Shown here: positions 36,009-44,927 of the stretch, in pieces | Layout: every line of letters begins with the position of its first letter | How positions within the stretch are numbered: position 1 is the stretch's first letter | IMG/VR virus record: IMGVR_UViG_3300042914_002678 | Length of the DNA stretch: 64,000 bases | DNA from: a virus | Lineage: Duplodnaviria; Caudoviricetes | Reading direction: 5' to 3' (one strand) | The notes under the pieces: model-generated | Seen by the model: the letters and a program-made list of their open reading frames with translations, nothing else | Database searches by the model: none | Told to the model about the DNA's origin: nothing | Program-made: the position numbers and the translations under genes

Positions 36009-37502
36009 ATGAAACTCAAACAACTGATGCTTGCACCTGTTGCTCTGGGAATGGTTGCTCCTGTTGCTGCGAATGCCGCAGACCTTAACATGGCAGCAGT
36101 CAACCAATACTCCACTGAGCAGGTTACAAGCGTTTCGCAACTTTCTGATGTGCAACCCACTGACTGGGCATATCAGGCACTCAGCAATCTTGTAGAGCGT
36201 TATGGTTGTGTTGCTGGTTATGCAAACGGCACCTTTGGTGGTGGTAAAGCAATGACCCGTTATGAAGCAGCAGCACTTCTGAATGCTTGCCTTGACCGTG
36301 TAACCGAAGTTACTGATGAACTCGGTCGTCTTGCAAATGAGTTCCGTGATGAACTGACTGTAATTCAAGGTAAAGTTGCAAGTCTGGAAACCAAAGTTGG
36401 TGCTCTGGAAGCAACTCAATTCTCTACCACAACTAAACTGAAAGGTGAAGCATCTTTCGTTCTTGGTGGTGTTGATAATGCTTGGGTTCCTGGTAAGGAT
36501 TCCAGTACCAATGTAGGCAATACTGCCTTCAACTACGATCTTCGTATCAATCTTGATACTTCTTTCACTGGAAAGGATCTTCTTCGTACTCGTCTTCGTT
36601 CTGGTAACTTCTCCAGTCAACCTTTTGGTTCCAGTTCTTCACTCTTTAAACTGGACAAAGCAGAAGGCACTTCTGATTCTGTAAAGATTGACCGTCTGTA
36701 CTACAGCTTCCCTGCTCTTGCTAAGGGTGTAACTCTGACTGCTGGTGCTCTGGTTCGTAATACTGAGATGACCTGGATTCCTTCTGCTTATAAGTCGGAT
36801 GTTCTGGACTTCTTCCAACTTGCTGGTGCTCCTGGTGTCTATAACAAGGCAACTGGTGCTGGTTTCGGTGCTCAGTGGTCACAAGGTAAGAAAGGTTTCG
36901 TTGCTGGTCTGAACTATGTTGCTCAGAGTGGTGCTGATTCTACCAAAGGTGAGTTTAATGAAAAGGGTGCTCTGAACACTCTTGCTCAGATTGGTTATCG
37001 TACTCCTCAGTGGGGTGCTGCTTTCGGTTATCGTTACGGTACTGAAGGCACCCGTGTTCGCACCTTTAATGGTGTTCTGGGTAGTTCTGGTGCTCTTGCT
37101 CCTGGACAAACCTCTAATGGTTATGCTCTGAGTGCTTACTGGCAACCTAAGAAGTCTGGTATTATTCCTTCTGTGAGTGGTGGATATGGTTGGAACACCG
37201 TAAGCTTGAATGCTGAAGGTGCAGCAACTCCTACTGGTGCTACCGATTCTCAAACTTGGTATGCTGGTCTTCAGTGGTCTGATGTATTCGCCAAGGGTAA
37301 TTCTGCTGGTTTCGCTATCGGTCAACCTGGAAATGCAGAAGGTCTTGAAAAGGATGCAACAATGTGGGAACTGTTCTATAAGTATCGTGTAAGCGATAAT
37401 ATTACTGTTACTCCTGCTGTGTTCTATGTGTCTAACAATCAAGCACTTGCAGATACTTCTTCCAACTATGGTGGTGTAATTCAGACGACTTTCCGTTTCT
37501 GA
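36009..37502 (+). CDS. Cyanobacterial SLH-domain porin (Som/OprB family)
   Basis: Signal peptide, SQLSDVQPTDWAYQALSNLVERYGCVAGY SLH motif, coiled coil, FSTTTKLKGE, beta-barrel, C-terminal TTFRF. Confidence 0.95.
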   Translation: MKLKQLMLAPVALGMVAPVAANAADLNMAAVNQYSTEQVTSVSQLSDVQPTDWAYQALSNLVERYGCVAGYANGTFGGGKAMTRYEAAALLNACLDRVTEVTDELGRLANEFRDELTVIQGKVASLETKVGALEATQFSTTTKLKGEASFVLGGVDNAWVPGKDSSTNVGNTAFNYDLRINLDTSFTGKDLLRTRLRSGNFSSQPFGSSSSLFKLDKAEGTSDSVKIDRLYYSFPALAKGVTLTAGALVRNTEMTWIPSAYKSDVLDFFQLAGAPGVYNKATGAGFGAQWSQGKKGFVAGLNYVAQSGADSTKGEFNEKGALNTLAQIGYRTPQWGAAFGYRYGTEGTRVRTFNGVLGSSGALAPGQTSNGYALSAYWQPKKSGIIPSVSGGYGWNTVSLNAEGAATPTGATDSQTWYAGLQWSDVFAKGNSAGFAIGQPGNAEGLEKDATMWELFYKYRVSDNITVTPAVFYVSNNQALADTSSNYGGVIQTTFRF

Positions 37503-37523
37503 TAATAACTACATAGTGTAAAC

Positions 37524-37559
37524 TGGGGGGTTGACAAAACCCCCTTTTTAGTGTATTAT
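37524..37559 (+). terminator. Terminator hairpin with embedded sigma70 -35
   Basis: GGGGG-TTGACAAAA-CCCCC plus T run; TTGACA-17 nt-TATTAT. Confidence 0.8.
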
Positions 37560-37580
37560 AAGTAACAAGTTAAAAGTTTT

Positions 37581-37736
37581 ATGTCTCTTATTTCCCAACG
37601 CGATAGAGAAGTTGCTCTTGAAGCACTTGATTTTTATCTCTTCAATAAAAAATTTGATTTTACTGAAGAAAAAAGAATGGAACTAAATGCTTTGATTAAT
37701 TGGATCAAACTAGAATACACAAAGAATGAAAATTAA
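37581..37736 (+). CDS. Small hypothetical protein (51 aa, not in ORF track)
   Basis: MSLISQRDREVALEALDFY...; follows a promoter. Confidence 0.6.
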   Translation: MSLISQRDREVALEALDFYLFNKKFDFTEEKRMELNALINWIKLEYTKNEN

Positions 37737-37890
37737 TCTATGGTTTTGTAAGGATATGAATCAGTGGCGTTGGACTTTGACTGATGATCACCGTCCAATC
37801 ATTAAACAAGAATCAGGTCAAAGAGAAAATCTACGTGATGCTATGAATGATGTAGCAAATACTGTAGAATATATGATGAGTCAATATTGA
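37726..37890 (+). CDS. Small hypothetical protein (54 aa, not in ORF track)
   Basis: MKINLWFCKDMNQWRWTLTD...; overlapping start. Confidence 0.6.
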   Translation: MKINLWFCKDMNQWRWTLTDDHRPIIKQESGQRENLRDAMNDVANTVEYMMSQY

Positions 37891-37897
37891 CTTTATT

Positions 37898-37970
37898 GGG
37901 CGATTAACTCAGCGGTTAGAGTGTCTGCTTTACACGCAGAAAGTCCGCAGTTCGAATCTGCGATTGCCCA
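37898..37970 (+). tRNA. tRNA-Val(UAC)
   Basis: Cloverleaf; TCTGC-TTTACAC-GCAGA anticodon arm. Confidence 0.95.
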
Positions 37971-38016
37971 TTATAAATATTCAAAAAAGATTGAAGAAGT
38001 ATAACTGATTATAACA

Positions 38017-38274
38017 ATGGAAAATTTAAGAATCAGATGTCGATCCTGTGGTAAGGAGTTAGAGGGACATTCTACGAAAACTATAACTTGTGGTTGTCCA
38101 AATATGGCAACAATTCGTGGAGGAGTTATTTCAGCTGTTGACTTATCCTCTGTTGTTATGCTAAACTTTGTAAATAATAAATCAAAGTCTGGTGTTCTCA
38201 CTAACGAAGACCTTGCCTTTCAAGAGGCAAGAAGACAACGTAAGGTAAGACGTTTAGATTTTGAAGTCCGCTGA
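38017..38274 (+). CDS. Small zinc-binding hypothetical protein
   Basis: CRSC...CGC motifs; TATAAATA at 37972. Confidence 0.7.
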   Translation: MENLRIRCRSCGKELEGHSTKTITCGCPNMATIRGGVISAVDLSSVVMLNFVNNKSKSGVLTNEDLAFQEARRQRKVRRLDFEVR

Positions 38275-38285
38275 GGACTTATTTT

Positions 38286-38372
38286 GGAAGCGTGGCAGAG
38301 TCCGGTTTATTGCGCTTGTCTTGAAAACAAGTGAGGGTAACACCTCCGTTAGTTCAAATCTAACCGCTTCCG
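38286..38372 (+). tRNA. tRNA-Ser(UGA)
   Basis: Cloverleaf with long variable arm; CTTGT-CTTGAAA-ACAAG anticodon arm. Confidence 0.95.
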
Positions 38373-38485
38373 TTACAAATATTACAAAATTTTAGATTTT
38401 TTTAATCTATATTTTTGTATCAACACAAACTTGACAAAGTAGAATTACTGACTAATATAATTAGTAATATTCAACCTAAAACCTT

Positions 38486-38635
38486 ATGGATCAGCACACC
38501 TATCTTAATTGGGTGAAGATCAAAGAAACTTTTGAAACGTCTGGTAATACAGATAATATGTTTTATAAGAGAGCAGTTGAAATCGTAAAAACACGAAAAG
38601 ACCCTCTTGCAAAGTTTCTTGGAGATGAAAAGTGA
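38486..38635 (+). CDS. Small hypothetical protein (49 aa, not in ORF track)
   Basis: MDQHTYLNWVKIKETFETSGNTDNMFYKRA...; downstream of a TTGACA promoter. Confidence 0.6.
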   Translation: MDQHTYLNWVKIKETFETSGNTDNMFYKRAVEIVKTRKDPLAKFLGDEK

Positions 38636-38838
38636 TGGAACCTTTTGATGTTGATTATGTAACTCGTACAGAAGTACAGGAGATGATTGATGCCGCTATC
38701 CGAAGGCATAATCGTAATGCTTCCATTATTAGTATGTGTGTTGGTTGGGTGGTTCTTGCTTTATTTGCTGAGGGACTTTTAAGACTTGTAGGGGTAATTC
38801 CTCCACTACTTCCATGGCTCAAAATTACTCTCCAATAA
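38632..38838 (+). CDS. Small membrane protein
   Basis: HNRNASIISMCVGWVVLALFAEGLL hydrophobic segment. Confidence 0.65.
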   Translation: MMEPFDVDYVTRTEVQEMIDAAIRRHNRNASIISMCVGWVVLALFAEGLLRLVGVIPPLLPWLKITLQ

Positions 38839-39104
38839 TATTTTTAGTTCCTTGGTTTGTGCTTATGGGTATTGCAATTTCTATGATTGCACAAGGTTGG
38901 ATGATTATGAACGCTCACCATGGATACTCAAAAAGTCCAAAAGTGAAGCACCCAGAAATGAACGATGTTAAGGTAGGAGATCCGTTACTAGTGGTGAGAT
39001 TTACAGACGAAGATATTGAACAACTTCAAAGAAGAGTTTTACAACAAAAAATAGAAGAACTATTTGAAGAACCATCAACTTACGAGGACGAGGAAGATGA
39101 TTAA
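38814..39104 (+). CDS. Membrane protein with HPEM motif (cyanobacterial DUF2973-like)
   Basis: N-terminal TM helix, then VKHPEM...LLVVRF. Confidence 0.6.
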   Translation: MAQNYSPIIFLVPWFVLMGIAISMIAQGWMIMNAHHGYSKSPKVKHPEMNDVKVGDPLLVVRFTDEDIEQLQRRVLQQKIEELFEEPSTYEDEEDD

Positions 39105-39192
39105 AGCAATAATATCAACAATTATTCTTTTTTCTTCTATTGGACTTTTTATACATTGGGGACTTACACACGCATATCCAGAGGTTTTATGA
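39097..39192 (+). CDS. Tiny single-TM protein (31 aa, not in ORF track)
   Basis: MIKAIISTIILFSSIGLFIHWGLTHAYPEVL; ATGA-coupled to gnd. Confidence 0.55.
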   Translation: MIKAIISTIILFSSIGLFIHWGLTHAYPEVL

Positions 39193-40223
39193 AAGTAGGA
39201 TTGATTGGATTAGGTAGAATGGGCGAAGGTATGTCTCGCCGCATGATGAAGGCAGGAATAGAAGTCTGGGGTTATCGGAGGAATTATGAAAAAGCAAACG
39301 AAGCATACGAAAGTGGGTATGTTAACGGCGTTACAACTACTATTGAAAATCTTGTTAAAGTAGTTAAGCAAAATAAAAATGGAGGAACACAACCAGGAAT
39401 CTTTCAGATGGTTGTACCTGCCGAAACCGTAGAGGAGACGATCAATGAGTTACTACGATATTGTGGTGAAGGAGATATTATTATTGATCATGGCAATAGC
39501 AATTTTAAAGACAGTCGGAAGAGAGCAGAACGCCTGGCAAAGTTGGGTATCCAATATATTGATTGTGGCACTAGCGGTGGTGTTTATGGTTTGGATCGTG
39601 GATACTGTCTTATGGTTGGTGGTGGAAATACTGCAGTCGCCACTTGTTCGCGCATTTTTGATGCCCTCGCTCCAGGAATCAACGCTGCCCCCAGGACTCA
39701 ATTTAACTCGGACGTAACTTCTGCAGAGTTTGGTTGGTTACATTGTGGTGGACCTGGTGCCGGACACTTTGTAAAAATGGTTCATAATGGTATTGAATAC
39801 GGTATAATGCAAGCATATGCTGAAGGTTTCGATATTTTAAAGAACGCTAACGCAGGTTCTCAGTATGTTAAAGAAGGAGATGCTGAGGTTGCTCCAATGG
39901 CAGACCCAGAAAGTTATTGTTATGATATTGACGTTGCTGAGGTTGCTGAGTTATGGCGTCGTGGTAGTGTGGTTGGGTCTTGGTTACTCGATCTTACTGC
40001 TGATGTGCTACGCAGGGATGGTAGCCTTAAACAGTTCTCTGGAGGCGTATCCGACAGTGGTGAGGGTCGTTGGACTGTTTCTGCCGCTGTGGATCTGGGG
40101 GTTCCCGCTCCTGTTATTACTACTGCCTTATTTGAAAGATTTAACTCACGCAATCTCGGATCATTTGGAGCAAAGATCTTAAATGGTATGCGTTATATGT
40201 TTGGGGGACATCATGTTAGGTAA
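39189..40223 (+). CDS. gnd: 6-phosphogluconate dehydrogenase (decarboxylating)
   Basis: GLIGLGRMG, IDHGNS, DCGTSGG, GAGHFVKMVHNGIEYG, DSGEGRW; start at ATG 39189. Confidence 0.97.
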   Translation: MKVGLIGLGRMGEGMSRRMMKAGIEVWGYRRNYEKANEAYESGYVNGVTTTIENLVKVVKQNKNGGTQPGIFQMVVPAETVEETINELLRYCGEGDIIIDHGNSNFKDSRKRAERLAKLGIQYIDCGTSGGVYGLDRGYCLMVGGGNTAVATCSRIFDALAPGINAAPRTQFNSDVTSAEFGWLHCGGPGAGHFVKMVHNGIEYGIMQAYAEGFDILKNANAGSQYVKEGDAEVAPMADPESYCYDIDVAEVAELWRRGSVVGSWLLDLTADVLRRDGSLKQFSGGVSDSGEGRWTVSAAVDLGVPAPVITTALFERFNSRNLGSFGAKILNGMRYMFGGHHVR

Positions 40224-40332
40224 AGCACTTATTTTTATTTCTATTCCTTTTGTACTGACTACACTGTATTTTGGAACACGAGGAGGATACTATGACTCCA
40301 AAGACTATAAGGGAAATGGAACCGCACATTAA
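40213..40332 (+). CDS. ndhP: NDH-1 complex small subunit NdhP homolog (39 aa, not in ORF track)
   Basis: MLGKALIFISIPFVLTTLYFGTRGGYYDSKDYKGNGTAH fits the NdhP pattern: TM helix plus FGTRxGxYDxxxYxGNGxAH. Confidence 0.88.
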   Translation: MLGKALIFISIPFVLTTLYFGTRGGYYDSKDYKGNGTAH

Positions 40333-40519
40333 GCAAAGATATAATTTTGCAATGTCTGCATTTTCAAGAATGCTTGGGATAAGATCCGCTTCTAATGACA
40401 TGCATATTAAGCAGTTCTGTATTGAATGGTCATACTGGGATGTGAGTGCTCCTTTGTCAGGTCTTAATGAGGTTGATCAGTATTTTTATTATGAATATAA
40501 GAATTGGAGAGGAAGATGA
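40292..40519 (+). CDS. Hypothetical protein overlapping ndhP
   Basis: ATG 40292 with GGAGG SD. Confidence 0.55.
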   Translation: MTPKTIREMEPHIKQRYNFAMSAFSRMLGIRSASNDMHIKQFCIEWSYWDVSAPLSGLNEVDQYFYYEYKNWRGR

Positions 40520-40635
40520 TTTTTCACGTAGTAGAAACACTTGCAAATAGTCCAATTTGGTTAGGACTTTGTGGATTTGGAATAGTTGTGGTTCCTATTA
40601 TGGGAATTGCTTTTATACATAATAACATAAAGTAA
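40516..40635 (+). CDS. Tiny membrane protein (39 aa, not in ORF track)
   Basis: ATGA-coupled; one TM helix. Confidence 0.5.
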   Translation: MIFHVVETLANSPIWLGLCGFGIVVVPIMGIAFIHNNIK

Positions 40636-40644
40636 AGTAAAGAT

Positions 40645-41079
40645 ATGGCGACAATTACGTTAGCAGTTACAGCACCTTCTATTGGTAGTGAATGGACTGT
40701 TCAATTTACTGCGGACTCTTCAACAACAATTAAAACTATAACTGGGTTTTCAATTAGTGCCACAACTCCTAGTTTACCAAGTTTATTTTCAGTGTCTTCT
40801 GTAAATGGATATGACGGAAGTGGAGTTCAGTATGTAACTTGGAGATCTACAAGTCCAGCTGGTCAGCATCCAACTTCTGGATGGAGTATGGACATTTGGA
40901 ATCAAGCTTTTTATGAAGACATTATTACTTATAATGGTAATGTTGGTAAAGTATGGTCTGATGTGAATGGAGTAACTTATAGTTTAAATCCTAATAAGTG
41001 GAGTTTAATTTATAATTATGGTAGTTTATATGCTCCAGTATTTACGAAAGGTGGCACATTGACAGTAACAGTTACTTGA
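40645..41079 (+). CDS. Hypothetical beta-rich protein
   Basis: Thr/Ser-rich ORF. Confidence 0.6.
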   Translation: MATITLAVTAPSIGSEWTVQFTADSSTTIKTITGFSISATTPSLPSLFSVSSVNGYDGSGVQYVTWRSTSPAGQHPTSGWSMDIWNQAFYEDIITYNGNVGKVWSDVNGVTYSLNPNKWSLIYNYGSLYAPVFTKGGTLTVTVT

Positions 41080-41115
41080 CAAAATTTATTACTTATGTTA
41101 CTATATTATAAATTA

Positions 41116-41189
41116 CGGAATGTAGCTCAGTTTGGTAGAGCACTCGCTTTGGGAGCGAGATGTCGCAGGTTCGAATCCTGTCATTCCGA
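41116..41189 (+). tRNA. tRNA-Pro(UGG)
   Basis: Cloverleaf; CTCGC-TTTGGGA-GCGAG anticodon arm; promoter TTGACA(41076)-17 nt-TACTAT. Confidence 0.95.
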
Positions 41190-41205
41190 TTATTAATCAC
41201 TAGTA

Positions 41206-41754
41206 ATGTTACACTTTTTCAATTCTCCATTTGTATTTTCACAGAAAGTTGAAAACCATACTCAAATAAAAAATCAATTATTGCCAAAAATAATTGAAGA
41301 ATACAATCATAATAAAAATAAAGAAGATTATCTTTGGAGTAAAACTTCCGAAACCAAAATGATAACTAGTTATCATAACACTTCACCTGATTTTTATGAC
41401 GATTTTTTTTATGAAAATGTAGTCTTTAAACCTTTTAATGATTTGGTTAATCAGATTAATTTAAAAGTAAGTTCGGAATGTTCATTAGAGCAAATATGGT
41501 GGAATGTATATCATAAAAATGATTATGCAGATGTTCATAATCATGGACCAGAAAAAGTATCAGGAGTTTATTTGTTAAATTTAAATGAAAAAAATACTAC
41601 AGTTTTTATGACTAAAAACGAGTGCGCTTTTCAAACACATGAATCTGATTATGCAAAAGAAGGAGAAGTTTTATTATTTCCTTCAAGTTTACTTCATTAT
41701 GTTCGTCCTTCTAAAACAAGAAGAGTAACTATTTCATTTAATATTTCTATATAA
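41206..41754 (+). CDS. 2OG-Fe(II) oxygenase superfamily protein
   Basis: HNHG...SGVY...GEVLLFPSSLLHYV...RVTISFN. Confidence 0.8.
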   Translation: MLHFFNSPFVFSQKVENHTQIKNQLLPKIIEEYNHNKNKEDYLWSKTSETKMITSYHNTSPDFYDDFFYENVVFKPFNDLVNQINLKVSSECSLEQIWWNVYHKNDYADVHNHGPEKVSGVYLLNLNEKNTTVFMTKNECAFQTHESDYAKEGEVLLFPSSLLHYVRPSKTRRVTISFNISI

Positions 41755-41838
41755 TAAAAACTAATCTATTTGATCCTTTCAACCCATTGACAACCACAAT
41801 TCACCATGCTATAATTTTCCTGTAAACAAAGCAAAACA

Positions 41839-42054
41839 ATGTCTCTGATTCAAAAGTTCAAAAAAGATGTTAGCACTCTTCAACTTGCTGCTAACGGGGA
41901 AATCTACCTTGATGTAAAGAATCCGAAACTTTATAAAAAGGTTCGTCGCTTCTACGAAAATGAAGGAGTCGTATTTTCTGGTGACCCCCTTGATGACTAT
42001 GAAATGCTCATGGAGTATGTTGCTCAAGATCTTGAGTCTGTTGAAGTTGCTTAA
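41839..42054 (+). CDS. Hypothetical protein
   Basis: ORF behind a TTGACA...TATAAT promoter. Confidence 0.7.
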   Translation: MSLIQKFKKDVSTLQLAANGEIYLDVKNPKLYKKVRRFYENEGVVFSGDPLDDYEMLMEYVAQDLESVEVA

Positions 42055-42098
42055 AATTAAATATTTTTTCTTTGAAAAAAAAAGAAAATTATCAAAAA

Positions 42099-42554
42099 AT
42101 GAGTTATTCACTTTCTATTGTAAATGACCTAACAAAATTAGAAATTCTAAGAATTATTAGAAATAAATGTAGAGAATACATGACTGGATATACTGGAGAG
42201 ATATCAAAAGATCAACAACAAAAATGGTTCTCTTCTTTAGATAAAAACAAAAATATTCCTTTTCTATTCATTAAAAATGATACTAAAACATCTGTAGGAT
42301 ATGGATTAATAAAGTGTGAACTTGATACATGCTATTTGAGTGCTGGATTATTGGAAGAATACAGAGGATTTGGTATAGGTAAATTTTTATTTGAAGCATT
42401 AATAAGTGAGTGTTATAAAATAAATTGTAAATCTATACAATTACAAGTTTTAAAAACTAATAAAAGAGCTTTTAATCTATATAATAAATTAAACTTTAAA
42501 GTTTTTTCTGAAGATAATAGTAAATATTTTATGGAATTGATTGATTTAAAATGA
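42099..42554 (+). CDS. GNAT-family acetyltransferase
   Basis: YRGFGIGKFL acetyl-CoA motif; N.RAFNLY.KL.F. Confidence 0.85.
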   Translation: MSYSLSIVNDLTKLEILRIIRNKCREYMTGYTGEISKDQQQKWFSSLDKNKNIPFLFIKNDTKTSVGYGLIKCELDTCYLSAGLLEEYRGFGIGKFLFEALISECYKINCKSIQLQVLKTNKRAFNLYNKLNFKVFSEDNSKYFMELIDLK

Positions 42555-43279
42555 AAATATTAATTCTTTGTTGCTATTATGATAGACCTAATATGGTCAG
42601 ATTTGCTTTAAATTCTATAAAAAATCAGTCATATGATAATTGGGAATTAATTTTTGTAGACGACTCAAGTAAATTTCCAGGAAAACCAATTGTAGAAGAA
42701 ATATTAGGAGATTATCTTAACAAAGTAAAATTTTATCATACAAATGATCCAGAAAAAAAAGAAGGTAATGGAGAAAGCATTTTTGGAAAATATTGGAATA
42801 TTGCTTCTTTAAATAGTGACTCTGATATTTCTATTATGCTTTGTGATGATGATGCATTAACACCAAATTATCTTCAAGAATTATCGAAGTGGTATGAAAA
42901 TAATCCAAATCAAAACTATTCTTATTGTCATTTAAGTACATTTAATCCTTATGAAGTAAGATCTTTAGATGAAATTAAAATTAATCTTAATTATGGTTTA
43001 AATCATAAAGTACCTATAAATCCATACTGTATGTTAGACGCCAGCCAAGTCTCTTGGAGAACAGATGCCGTCCGTATGAATAATGTAAGATTTCCTTTTC
43101 CACAAACTTCCAGTTTAGACGCTGATTTTTATAAACAATTATTTGAAATTTATGGAGAATGTTACTTTAATGGAATTGTTGGACAATATAAAGGAATTCA
43201 TTGTGATCAATTAGGCTTGAGATTATTTGAAGAAAATAAAGTTTATACTGTTAATGATTTATCTTTTATACCACTATGA
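42551..43279 (+). CDS. Glycosyltransferase family 2
   Basis: ALNSI.NQSY.NWELIFVDDSS; LCDDD (DxD). Confidence 0.85.
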   Translation: MKILILCCYYDRPNMVRFALNSIKNQSYDNWELIFVDDSSKFPGKPIVEEILGDYLNKVKFYHTNDPEKKEGNGESIFGKYWNIASLNSDSDISIMLCDDDALTPNYLQELSKWYENNPNQNYSYCHLSTFNPYEVRSLDEIKINLNYGLNHKVPINPYCMLDASQVSWRTDAVRMNNVRFPFPQTSSLDADFYKQLFEIYGECYFNGIVGQYKGIHCDQLGLRLFEENKVYTVNDLSFIPL

Positions 43280-44361
43280 TACCATTGTTTAAAGTCAGAA
43301 TGTCAGATCAAGCTCCTTCTTTAGTTAAGGAAGTTCTTGAATCTGGATTTATTGGTCAAGGAAATAAAGTAGAAGAGTTTGAAAATCTTTTATGGAAGGA
43401 ATTAAAAACAAAAGTAAAACCAATTACTGTAAATTCTTGTACTAGTGCGATTGATTTAGCACTTCATCTTTGTGGTGTTGGACCTGGAGATGAGGTAATT
43501 TCAACTCCACAAACATGCTTTGCAAGTCAAGTTGGAATTATTCATAGACATGCAACTATTAGATGGGGAGATATTGATCCTCAAACTGGATTAATATCTC
43601 CTGATAGTGTGTCTAAATTAATTACAAATAAAACTAAAGCAATTATTGCTGTTAATTGGGCAGGAAAACCTTGTGATTATTTAAAACTTAAATCCTTTGG
43701 AGTTCCTGTAATTGAAGATGCCGCACACACTTGGGATTCATTTTTAGAGACTTCTAATGAAAGAGGTGACTATATTTGCTATAGTCTTCAAGCGATTAAA
43801 TTTCTTACATCTTCTGACGGTGGAATTTTGATTACTCCAAAGAATAAAGAAGAAGACGCTCGTTTGTTAAGATGGTATGGTTTAGATAGAACCAAAAATG
43901 AGTCTTTTAGATGTACTCAAAATATAAAAGAAGCTGGTTTTAAATATCATATGAATGATGTTTGTGCTGCTATTGGAATCTGTAATATTCCCGAAGCAAG
44001 AGACTCTGTATTCAAGCATAAAAATAATGCAAAATTTTATTCTGAAAATTTAAAAGAATGTTCTTTTGTAAGTGCTCCCGAATATGACAAATATTGTTCC
44101 TATTGGATTTATTCTCTTTTAGTGGAAAAAGGAACTAAAGAAGAGTTTATTGAGTATCTAAAAGAAAATGGAATCAGTTCAAGTCCAGTTCACCATAGAA
44201 ATGATATGTATGAATGCGTTACTCAATTTGAAGAAGGTGAACTTGAAGGTGTTAGTGAATTTTATAAAAAACAAGTTAGCATTCCTGTTGGTTGGTGGTT
44301 ATCTAATCGGGATCTAAACCACATTATAACTGCAATAAAAAATTACGATTCTTTTTTATAA
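43276..44361 (+). CDS. DegT/DnrJ/EryC1/StrS PLP-dependent sugar aminotransferase
   Basis: GFIGQG.KV.EFE, NSCTSA, GDEVI, IEDAAH, SLQAIK (catalytic Lys), GFKYHM. Confidence 0.92.
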   Translation: MIPLFKVRMSDQAPSLVKEVLESGFIGQGNKVEEFENLLWKELKTKVKPITVNSCTSAIDLALHLCGVGPGDEVISTPQTCFASQVGIIHRHATIRWGDIDPQTGLISPDSVSKLITNKTKAIIAVNWAGKPCDYLKLKSFGVPVIEDAAHTWDSFLETSNERGDYICYSLQAIKFLTSSDGGILITPKNKEEDARLLRWYGLDRTKNESFRCTQNIKEAGFKYHMNDVCAAIGICNIPEARDSVFKHKNNAKFYSENLKECSFVSAPEYDKYCSYWIYSLLVEKGTKEEFIEYLKENGISSSPVHHRNDMYECVTQFEEGELEGVSEFYKKQVSIPVGWWLSNRDLNHIITAIKNYDSFL

Positions 44362-44412
44362 TTAAATAGTCACGGATGGACTTTAACAGCACTGGTCGGG
44401 AGCAAACCCCTT

Positions 44413-44649
44413 ATGTCTAAAACAAGTGTCCTGAGATATATCGGGAACTTTCTCCTTCTACTTGGTTATCAAATCATGTTATGGGGAGATTTTAAAAATG
44501 GTTTGATTATTAAGTTTATCGGGGGACTGCTTGGTATTCCTTTTGCTATCAAACTCAAACTTTGGGATGTGTTATTTTTAATTGCATTCTTTGGTATCAC
44601 CGAAATATCAAAGTTAACCCAACTTTCTCTTAGTCCTGGAATGACTTAA
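44413..44649 (+). CDS. Small membrane protein
   Basis: Hydrophobic 78 aa ORF. Confidence 0.65.
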   Translation: MSKTSVLRYIGNFLLLLGYQIMLWGDFKNGLIIKFIGGLLGIPFAIKLKLWDVLFLIAFFGITEISKLTQLSLSPGMT

Positions 44650-44714
44650 AACTTAAACTGGTGGAGTCAATATGACCCTATTGTTACACACAAACACACA
44701 TATGGAGATTAATT

Positions 44715-44927
44715 ATGTCCAAAACACCTTATGAACTTCGGTTTGAAATTTTCAAACAAGCATACAATATGCTTAATGATAATTTCTGTGTTGAATATGA
44801 CTTTGCAAGAGCATGGAATGAAAATTCTATGAATAGTGTAAAGATGGATCTTCCAGAATTTCCAACTCTAAAACAAGTTCTTCAGCAAGCACAAGTTATT
44901 AATGACTTTGTTTCTGAAACAAAATAG
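44715..44927 (+). CDS. Hypothetical protein
   Basis: MSKTPYELRFEIFKQA...FPT...A..INDFVS; GGAG SD. Confidence 0.7.
   Translation: MSKTPYELRFEIFKQAYNMLNDNFCVEYDFARAWNENSMNSVKMDLPEFPTLKQVLQQAQVINDFVSETK

Noticed and set aside
35979-37442. Long minus-strand ORFs (213 and 187 aa) opposite the porin
   Set aside because: Antisense shadows of a codon-biased gene; no recognisable motifs or expression signals.
38436-38449. NtcA box upstream of 38486
   Set aside because: Reads GTA-N8-GAC rather than GTA-N8-TAC; too weak to call.
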